Positions 26,058 to 32,000 of a stretch of 32,000 nucleotides of DNA are shown in pieces. The notes under the pieces were generated by a model that was given only the letters and a program-made list of their open reading frames with translations, searched no databases and was not told where the DNA came from. Position 1 is the first letter of the stretch. Each line of letters starts with the position of its first letter. The translations under genes were made by a program, and so were the position numbers. The DNA is from Nitrosopumilus maritimus SCM1 (GTDB lineage Archaea; Thermoproteota; Nitrososphaeria; Nitrososphaerales; Nitrosopumilaceae), in assembly GCF_000018465.1 (NCBI RefSeq), contig NC_010085.1:300001-332000 (forward strand). Direction: 5' to 3'.

Positions 26058-26291
26058 ATGCCCCTTTATTGTAAACAATGTGAAGAGAGACGCTATCCTC
26101 AGTATAGCGCAGACGACAAGGGAACTTTGTGGTTATGCAACAAATGTCAAAATTATGCTGATGCTGAGGATGTGATTATTAGAGAACAAACTCAAGAAGA
26201 GAGAGATGAGATCAAGGCAAAAGCTGAAGAGTTTGAGAGAACTAGCAAGTTTTCAGGCGAAAAACTTTCTAGAAGAAAGGGTGTAAACTAA
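26058..26291 (+). CDS. Small zinc-ribbon protein
   Basis: 77 aa. CKQC...CNKC pair followed by a charged helical tail. Confidence 0.6.
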   Translation: MPLYCKQCEERRYPQYSADDKGTLWLCNKCQNYADAEDVIIREQTQEERDEIKAKAEEFERTSKFSGEKLSRRKGVN

Positions 26292-26294
26292 ACC

Positions 26295-26474
26295 ATGGGA
26301 TTCAAGGACCTTTTTGTTGGTGGAAATTCTGAGAACATTCCAGTTAAAGTACAATGTACTGGATGCCAAAGAATCACTGTAGTCAAAATTCCATCTAACA
26401 AACCATTTCAAAAATGGAATGAAAAGGCAAGTTGCAGTCATTGTAATGCAACTAACTGCTGGCAAAAAGTTTGA
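26295..26474 (+). CDS. Small zinc-ribbon protein (59 aa, below the ORF-track cutoff)
   Basis: ATG lies 3 nt after the upstream stop. Translation is MGFKDLFVGGNSENIPVKVQCTGCQRITVVKIPSNKPFQKWNEKASCSHCNATNCWQKV, with a CxxC...CxxC pair. It competes with the implausible antisense ORF 26253..26465. Confidence 0.45.
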   Translation: MGFKDLFVGGNSENIPVKVQCTGCQRITVVKIPSNKPFQKWNEKASCSHCNATNCWQKV

Positions 26475-26497
26475 TTTTAAAAAATAAGAAAAAAAGA

Positions 26498-28084
26498 TTA
26501 GTTTGCAGGAACTGCAATACCTCTATCTATCATCTTTAGTGCAGTATCAGCTTTTAGACACATTGCTACACCATTTGATGTTTTCATGACAAGACTGTAT
26601 CCTTCACGACATTCTACCTCTGATGCATCAACACCAGCTGCAATCTGAATTCGTGGAGAAATCCATGCTAGTTGCATGTCTTTTGCCTTTTCAATGAATT
26701 CTTCTCTAAGTTGTTGTTTCTCTTCACTAGTCATCTCTGCTGCTCTTTCACGAAGTTCTGATTTGAAAGCCTTCATCTCTGCAATTCTATCATGAATCAT
26801 AGATTTTCTTTCATCAGAGACACTGTGTTTCATCTTTTTCATGTGTTCTTTGAACTTCATCTTTAATTCAGAATGTTTCTTGTCAAGATCACCATATTTT
26901 TCACGATATTTTTTCTTGATTTCATCCATTCTTTCATCTGAGATGTCATATTTTGTCATGATCATTGCTTTGAGATGTTTAGATTTTTCTGAAAATTTCA
27001 TGTCATGATGTTTTTCCATCATTTTCTCCTTCATGGAATCATGATGTTTCTTTTTGTAGTCTGCTTTTTCTTCAGGAGTCATAGAACACCAATTAGAAAT
27101 TCTATCGAGTTTTACTGCATCTGTAATTTCTGCAGCACGATCTGATTCAGACATTGCACATAGTTTGTCATAATTCATATGATGTTTTTTCTCATGCATT
27201 TTTTCTTTCATGTGTGCTTTGTATGTCTCTAGATTATCTTTGATGAATGTTTTTCGTTCAGCTTCGTCAGCTTCACAATATGTATTCATCTTTGTTTGGT
27301 GCTCTTCGGTTTTGTCATGCTCAGCAATGTATGCCTTTTTGTCTTCATCAGACATTACACAATAATTCTCTAGTTTTTCTCTAAAATCTACTGCATGATC
27401 TCTTTTGTAGTCAGCTGCATATTTTTTGATGGCAGTTTTGATTTCTCCTTTGTAATTTTCCAAAAGATCCTCAACTGCATCTTGTTCTTCATCAGACATT
27501 TCACAATAGTTTGTTAGTCTATCTCTGAATTGCTCAAGTATGGGACGGTCTGCAAATAATTTGCGTTTATCCTCATCGGTAGCTGCACAAAATCTGTCTA
27601 ACAAATCTCCAAGATCATATTCACCATCATGTTCTTTTTCTCCAGGGAAATTCTCTCTGATAAATTCATCAATGGCATCATCTCTTTCATCTTCAGACAT
27701 TTCACAATAATTTGCTAATCTGTCTGCAAACTGTTCAATCCTTGGATGGTCTGCAAAGAACTGACGTTTTTCCTCATCAGTCATCTCACAGAAATGCTCT
27801 AATCTGTCATCAAGATCTGCATGTTTATCGTATCTATCATCGTCATCGTATCTATCATCGTCATCGTATCTATCATCGTCATCGTATCTATCATCGTCAT
27901 CGTATCTATCATCGTCATCGTATCTATCATCGTCATCGTATCTATCATCGTCATCGTATCTATCATCGTCATCGTATCTATCATCATCCATGTCATCATC
28001 TACTTGTGCAAAAGCAGGACCTGCAGATACACCAAGTACCAAAATCATGGATAAAACAACGCTTAGAAGTTGTGTACTATTCAT
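26498..28084 (-). CDS. Secreted, highly acidic repeat protein: RYDDDD x9, then 8 single-Cys helical repeats, His/Met-rich blocks, and a two-Cys C-terminal module
   Basis: 528 aa. Signal peptide MNSTQLLSVVLSMILVLGVSAGPAFA. Repeats are of the form L..YCEMSDEE[KR]. HMKEKMHEKKHHM and KKHHDSMKEKMMEKHHDM blocks are present. I recognise no family. Confidence 0.8.
   Translation of the reverse strand: MNSTQLLSVVLSMILVLGVSAGPAFAQVDDDMDDDRYDDDDRYDDDDRYDDDDRYDDDDRYDDDDRYDDDDRYDDDDRYDDDDRYDKHADLDDRLEHFCEMTDEEKRQFFADHPRIEQFADRLANYCEMSEDERDDAIDEFIRENFPGEKEHDGEYDLGDLLDRFCAATDEDKRKLFADRPILEQFRDRLTNYCEMSDEEQDAVEDLLENYKGEIKTAIKKYAADYKRDHAVDFREKLENYCVMSDEDKKAYIAEHDKTEEHQTKMNTYCEADEAERKTFIKDNLETYKAHMKEKMHEKKHHMNYDKLCAMSESDRAAEITDAVKLDRISNWCSMTPEEKADYKKKHHDSMKEKMMEKHHDMKFSEKSKHLKAMIMTKYDISDERMDEIKKKYREKYGDLDKKHSELKMKFKEHMKKMKHSVSDERKSMIHDRIAEMKAFKSELRERAAEMTSEEKQQLREEFIEKAKDMQLAWISPRIQIAAGVDASEVECREGYSLVMKTSNGVAMCLKADTALKMIDRGIAVPAN
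27826..27987. repeat. Perfect 18-bp tandem repeat, ~9 copies (cgtatctatcatcgtcat on the plus strand), coding for RYDDDD on the minus strand
   Basis: cgtatc recurs at 27829, 27847, ... 27973 with an exact 18-nt period. Confidence 0.95.
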
Positions 28085-28211
28085 TGAATTTTTTTAGGGT
28101 TTTTGATATAAAGAGATGCGTATCTTTGTAGAGGATCTTTTATTATCTATGAGAAATTTGATGAGGTTTTTGTGCCTAAATCCTTAAGTTCAAAATTGTT
28201 CTATAGAATTT

Positions 28212-28352
28212 ATGCCCTGTCTACGTTGTGATGGGAAAGGAAAAGTACGAAACGAGTTTGGTATGTGGGAAAAATGTGAATCATGTCAGAAAAAAGAAAT
28301 GACTTTTGAGAGTGTGCATCCTGAACCTGATGTCAATGAAGAAGGAATTTAA
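28212..28352 (+). CDS. Mini zinc-finger protein (46 aa) with a DnaJ-type CxxCxGxG motif
   Basis: MPCLRCDGKGKVRNEFGMWEKCESCQKKEMTFESVHPEPDVNEEGI. Below the ORF-track cutoff. CLRCDGKG plus CESC. Confidence 0.4.
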   Translation: MPCLRCDGKGKVRNEFGMWEKCESCQKKEMTFESVHPEPDVNEEGI

Positions 28353-28376
28353 TCTGATTAAGTTTGTGTGAGAATT

Positions 28377-28568
28377 ATGGATAATCTAGATAACGCAAAA
28401 CATGATCACCAGAAAAATAAATCCGATATCGTAAATTTGGTAAAACAAATGTTTGCCCAAAACAAATGGGGTGATGAAGAATATCGACAGGCTTTGCAAG
28501 AATTAGTGAAAAAAGATGAAGAACTGGTATCTGAAGTTACAAGAATTATCAAGGAAAGACATGGATGA
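28377..28568 (+). CDS. Small helical protein, unknown function
   Basis: 63 aa from ATG 28377 (the track uses GTG 28368). Its stop overlaps the next ATG by 8 nt (ATGGATGA). Confidence 0.5.
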   Translation: MDNLDNAKHDHQKNKSDIVNLVKQMFAQNKWGDEEYRQALQELVKKDEELVSEVTRIIKERHG

Positions 28569-28878
28569 GAAAAAACTCAAACAAGAAGACTGTCATGAGG
28601 ATGGTATTGGTCAAGGAGTTCTTACACTAACTAACAAAAGAATTGCATTTGATAAAACTAGGTCTCGAATTATGGATTTTTCAAAACACATGGGTGAGAC
28701 AATACTTGACATTCCATTGAATGATATATCTCATACCTGGCGTGAATGATTATTGATGAAAAAAGCTTGTATCTCTGCTAGAACCACTGATGGTGAGAAA
28801 ACCTACAAGTTTGGTGTGTTTAATGTAGGTGGTTGGGTTGATTCTATCCAAGATGCAATAGATGATCAACAATCTTAA
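28561..28878 (+). pseudogene. PH/GRAM-like domain ORF interrupted by an in-frame TGA at 28747-28749 (pseudogene, sequencing error or read-through)
   Basis: The upstream part is MDEKKLKQEDCHEDGIGQGVLTLTNKRIAFDK...DIPLNDISHTWRE. After the stop, the same frame reads LLMKKACISARTTDGEKTYKFGVFNVGGWVDSIQDAIDDQQS to the stop at 28878. Together they resemble one bacterial-type PH domain. Confidence 0.45.
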
Positions 28879-28904
28879 GTTAACAGTTTTTCCTAGTATG
28901 ATTA

Positions 28905-29423
28905 ATGGCTGATGCAAAATTCTCATGGTATGGTAACTTTTATGGAATTGCTTGGAGAACTCATGCTGGAAATCCAATTGCAGTTCCATTGTTTGTAAAA
29001 CAAGATGAATCTCAAAAAATTGCAGATATTATTAAAACATGGAAGCCAAAAGACATCCATCTTACATTCATTGAAAAAGATGATGGCAATTATGCCATTT
29101 GTATCTACCAAGAGGCTGATTCGGGTGAAAATATTGGACTTTATCGATCTGGTATGAGTCAGACAGGAACCTATGGCAAAATAAAACAGATGATTGAAAA
29201 AAAATCTTCAATGTGGAATCCTCTACGGGCATACATTCAGATTGTATATGCTACTGATCCTGCAGATTCTAAAACTTATCAAAACATGACAGACTATATC
29301 ATAATTGGTAGATTAGAGATTATTTCAGAAGATGCTCTAAAATCTAAAAGATTTGTAATAGAGAAAGATGCACACACTACACTTGGCGGATATGATGTAG
29401 AAAATACCACTGATGAGAATTAA
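28905..29423 (+). CDS. Hypothetical protein
   Basis: 172 aa with coding-like composition. I recognise no motif. Confidence 0.6.
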   Translation: MADAKFSWYGNFYGIAWRTHAGNPIAVPLFVKQDESQKIADIIKTWKPKDIHLTFIEKDDGNYAICIYQEADSGENIGLYRSGMSQTGTYGKIKQMIEKKSSMWNPLRAYIQIVYATDPADSKTYQNMTDYIIIGRLEIISEDALKSKRFVIEKDAHTTLGGYDVENTTDEN

Positions 29424-29461
29424 CTCTAGCCTTTATCTTGTAAATTTTTGATATTTGATTT

Positions 29462-29695
29462 ATGGCTGAAATCTGTGAGAGATGCAGTAAATCCGTAGAT
29501 GAAACTGCTAGATATAACAAACATGAAGTAGACAAACTACTTTGTTCTGCTTGCATTTCAGAGATTGATGAATATTATTCCATTACTTGTGCAAAATGTG
29601 GCAAACCTGCTCATATGAGAGGAAATTTGATTGAATATGAGAATGAAAAGATTTGTCCTGTATGTATGGATGAAATAAGAATAAAAGAAAATTAA
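29462..29695 (+). CDS. Small double zinc-ribbon protein
   Basis: 77 aa with four CxxC pairs (CERC, CSAC, CAKC, CPVC). Confidence 0.65.
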   Translation: MAEICERCSKSVDETARYNKHEVDKLLCSACISEIDEYYSITCAKCGKPAHMRGNLIEYENEKICPVCMDEIRIKEN

Positions 29696-29706
29696 AAAAG
29701 AAAAAA

Positions 29707-30012
29707 TTAGTTTGTTGGGTTCATTAGTTCTGCTCTTTCTTTGACCTTTTGATCAACTAGAGCACTAATGTATTGACCAGGTTCTGCATTACATTCTCCA
29801 ATGTTTACTGCATGACCGTCTAGAGTTTCAGCGATACAGCCACTATCAGTAACTGCAACTATTTTTACGGTCTCTAGTACTTCAACTGGTTCAACATAAT
29901 ACATCAGGTATGCAAATCCTGCAAGTCCAATACTTGAAACTATTCCTATTATGATTACCAAGGATTTGTAATCTGATGATTTTTTGATTTTTTTATTTGG
30001 TATTGCTGACAT
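29707..30012 (-). CDS. Small membrane-anchored protein, unknown function
   Basis: 101 aa. Basic N-terminus, TM helix LVIIIGIVSSIGLAGFAYLMYY, and an external part with two Cys. Confidence 0.55.
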   Translation of the reverse strand: MSAIPNKKIKKSSDYKSLVIIIGIVSSIGLAGFAYLMYYVEPVEVLETVKIVAVTDSGCIAETLDGHAVNIGECNAEPGQYISALVDQKVKERAELMNPTN

Positions 30013-30105
30013 GTATAATGATACGCGTCTTTCTAATTTGATTGGTTTTGTGGTTTCTTGTGATTTGAAAATTATCCTATTAATTTAAATTTCTAATTCA
30101 CGTAA

Positions 30106-30759
30106 TTATGTACACAATTTTTTTGCTCTTTTGAAAACTGCATGCCAATCTTTCCAAAGTAGTCTTCCTGTCTGTGTGTTTTGCTTTGATGGATGATATG
30201 ATGTAATAACTTGCATTTCATTATATTTGAACACTTGATTATGCCCAAATTTTCCTGGCTTTACATCTAACAGCTTACAGGTTGCATCATATGCAATTTT
30301 TCCTAGACACAGGATTGTTGTAACATTATTTAGAATTTGGAGCTCTTGCTCTAGGAATGAAAAGCAATTTTGCATCTCTTCTTTAGTTGGCTTGTTTTGA
30401 GGTGGGGCACATCTTACTGCAGCTGTAATGTAGGCATTGTTTAGTGTTAGTCCGTCATCACTGGTTTGACTAGTTGGAATATTTGCAAATCCTGTCTTAT
30501 GCATTACTTTGGCAAGCCAGTCTCCTGAAGAATCTCCCGTAAACATCCTGCCTGTTCTGTTTCCGCCATGAGCTGCAGGAGCTAATCCTACAATGAGTAA
30601 TTTAGCATTGATGTCCCCAAATCCTGATAGAGGTCTACCATAGTATGTTTCATCTTTAAATCGCCTAACTTTGTTTTTGGCAACATCTCTAATGTATGCC
30701 GATAATCTTGTACATCTTTGACATGATTTTATTTTTTTATTGAGAGTTTCTATTTTCAT
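30106..30759 (-). CDS. Uracil-DNA glycosylase, Fe-S containing family 4/5 (motif closest to family 5 UdgB)
   Basis: 217 aa. N-terminal CQRC, motif GLAPAAHGGNRTGRMFTGD, further Cys in AAVRCAPP and QNC, and C-terminal SYHPS. Confidence 0.85.
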   Translation of the reverse strand: MKIETLNKKIKSCQRCTRLSAYIRDVAKNKVRRFKDETYYGRPLSGFGDINAKLLIVGLAPAAHGGNRTGRMFTGDSSGDWLAKVMHKTGFANIPTSQTSDDGLTLNNAYITAAVRCAPPQNKPTKEEMQNCFSFLEQELQILNNVTTILCLGKIAYDATCKLLDVKPGKFGHNQVFKYNEMQVITSYHPSKQNTQTGRLLWKDWHAVFKRAKKLCT

Positions 30760-30771
30760 TTTTTTTGAATT

Positions 30772-32000
30772 TTATTCAATTAGTATTGCTGGTTTGAAAG
30801 GCCTTGCATGTCTAGCTTTTCCTTTAGGATCATAAATGTTAGAATCACTTTCTGAATAAACTTCAATATCTACTCCAAACTCTTTTTGTCCCATACTTGC
30901 AATTTCTGATTTTAGGAACTCTTTTTCATCAAAGCTTTCTGCTTCAAGCTTCATCTTTTTGATTTCCTCTGACTCTGAATGCAAATCCTTAATTGTTTTC
31001 TGTACAAAGTCTGGCATTTTCTTGGCATCTGTAGTATTTGGATCTGCAATGAGTTCTTTCATTACAACTCCCATGTTGTTTTGACCTCCCACCATAATGC
31101 TTAGCATCTTGCGATAGATTTTGGACTTTGTTTCATCTGAATTTACATAGATTACAATCTTTTTTGGAGTAATTTTTGTAACTTTGATAATGTTTGCAAT
31201 ATCGTCAATTGTATTCTTCAATAACTCTTCAGCTTGAATTGATGCAGCATCTACTTTGTCTGCTGAATATTCCGGCCACTGTGATTTTGAAACTAGTTCC
31301 GAGTTTCCAAGATTTTTCCACATCTCTTCGGCTACATGCGGTGCAAATGGAGACAACATTGCAACTCGAGATGAGTTGATTTGATGTAAAATTCCAGAAA
31401 CATCATCACGACCTTTAGCTGCAATTCTCTTTTGATACCAACTCAAATCAGTTTCAAATGTAAAGAGGATATCGTGTAGTGCTTCACGTAATCTCATCTT
31501 CTCAACTGCTTCTGTAATTTCTGCAATCTTGCTCTGAGTTTTGGAGAGAATCCACCTGTCTTCAGCCTGCAACTCACCAATTTCGCTTGTTTTGAGGCTA
31601 GAACATGCCTCTAAAAGCGATTCAAGCTTGCTTTGAATACCTGAAACTGATTCCATGTTAAAATCAGCATCTTGGAGCAATTCAGCTGATGAAATTATAG
31701 CTAATCTGATTGGGTCTGCACCATGATCTTTGATTGCAGCTCGTAATGGAATGATGTTTCCCATACTCTTTGACATTTTAGCTCCATCCATCATTACACT
31801 ACCATTAACAACAATCTCTTGTGGCCACAAATTCTTTTCAAATATTGCAACATGATTTAAAACAAAAAATGACAAGTGATTCTGAACCAAATCACGACCT
31901 GAATGTCTTGAATCAACTGGATAAAAATATGTAAATTCTTTTTTCATTGTATTGATTATGTCTTCAGAAAGTTTTGATGTGCTTGTAGCCAGTGAAACAT
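30772..32000 (-). CDS. leuS: Leucyl-tRNA synthetase, C-terminal part (partial; the frame stays open to the window end)
   Basis: FYPVDSRHSGRDLVQNHLSFFVLNHVAIF...KMSKSMGN matches the archaeal LeuRS catalytic-core end. The frame upstream of the track's Met 31947 has no stop (VSLATSTSKLSEDIINT-MKKEF). Confidence 0.85.
   Translation of the reverse strand, partial: VSLATSTSKLSEDIINTMKKEFTYFYPVDSRHSGRDLVQNHLSFFVLNHVAIFEKNLWPQEIVVNGSVMMDGAKMSKSMGNIIPLRAAIKDHGADPIRLAIISSAELLQDADFNMESVSGIQSKLESLLEACSSLKTSEIGELQAEDRWILSKTQSKIAEITEAVEKMRLREALHDILFTFETDLSWYQKRIAAKGRDDVSGILHQINSSRVAMLSPFAPHVAEEMWKNLGNSELVSKSQWPEYSADKVDAASIQAEELLKNTIDDIANIIKVTKITPKKIVIYVNSDETKSKIYRKMLSIMVGGQNNMGVVMKELIADPNTTDAKKMPDFVQKTIKDLHSESEEIKKMKLEAESFDEKEFLKSEIASMGQKEFGVDIEVYSESDSNIYDPKGKARHARPFKPAILIE

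Noticed and set aside
26253-26465. 70-aa minus-strand ORF from the track
   Set aside because: The translation is implausible (MPAVSCITMTATCLFIPFLKWFVRWNF...). It is antisense to a tidy 59-aa zinc-ribbon ORF that is operon-spaced with its neighbour.
28516-28560. The track's start at 28516 for the PH-like ORF (MKNWYLKLQELSRKD...)
   Set aside because: It would overlap 53 nt of the upstream ORF in another frame. ATG 28561, with an 8-nt ATGGATGA coupling, is more parsimonious.
28750-28989. 79-aa minus-strand ORF, and 28923..29111 on the minus strand
   Set aside because: They overlap better-supported plus-strand ORFs (the PH-like C-terminal half and the 172-aa protein). They have no motif and odd composition.

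Overview
AT-rich archaeal chromosomal segment. It reads like a marine ammonia-oxidising thaumarchaeon (Nitrosopumilus-like), based on unsplit rpoA, PEFG-CTERM proteins, BRE/TATA-type promoters with short or no leaders, and many TTG starts. All identifications come from reading the ORF translations against remembered family motifs; no database search was run.

Layout:
- 1-5.5 kb: a partial unknown gene, larB, an LDH-like malate dehydrogenase, then a divergent and tightly packed larC-larE-cysteine desulfurase unit. This is nickel-pincer cofactor synthesis with no larA in the window.
- 5.5-9.1 kb: four tandem minus-strand genes for secreted PEFG-CTERM proteins. Three of them share a near-identical 146-188 bp junction repeat.
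- 9.25-21.8 kb: core cluster rpoH-rpoB-rpoA(unsplit)-Sm-like ... rpl30e-nusA-rps12-rps7, interrupted by two secreted-protein genes. One of these carries a perfect 21-bp x9 repeat and TPRs.
- 21.8 kb: an intron-containing tRNA-Gln(CUG).
- 21.9-25.4 kb: small wHTH-like ORF, YkgJ-type Cys-rich protein, GNAT, FAD/NAD(P) oxidoreductase and nitroreductase. The 300-bp gap before the nitroreductase holds three 43-nt hairpin modules with compensatory stem changes.
- 25.5-30 kb: accessory-looking stretch of small proteins, including several mini zinc ribbons (two below the ORF-track cutoff). It also has a 528-aa secreted, extremely acidic Cys-repeat and His/Met-rich protein with a perfect 18-bp x9 repeat, and a PH/GRAM-like ORF split by an in-frame TGA.
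- 30.1-32 kb: family-4/5 uracil-DNA glycosylase and the 3' part of leuS.

Best candidates for something undescribed: the covarying triple-hairpin RNA element, the PEFG-CTERM cassette array with its constant junction repeat, the acidic Cys/His/Met repeat protein, and the orphan Lar cofactor cluster with a coupled desulfurase.
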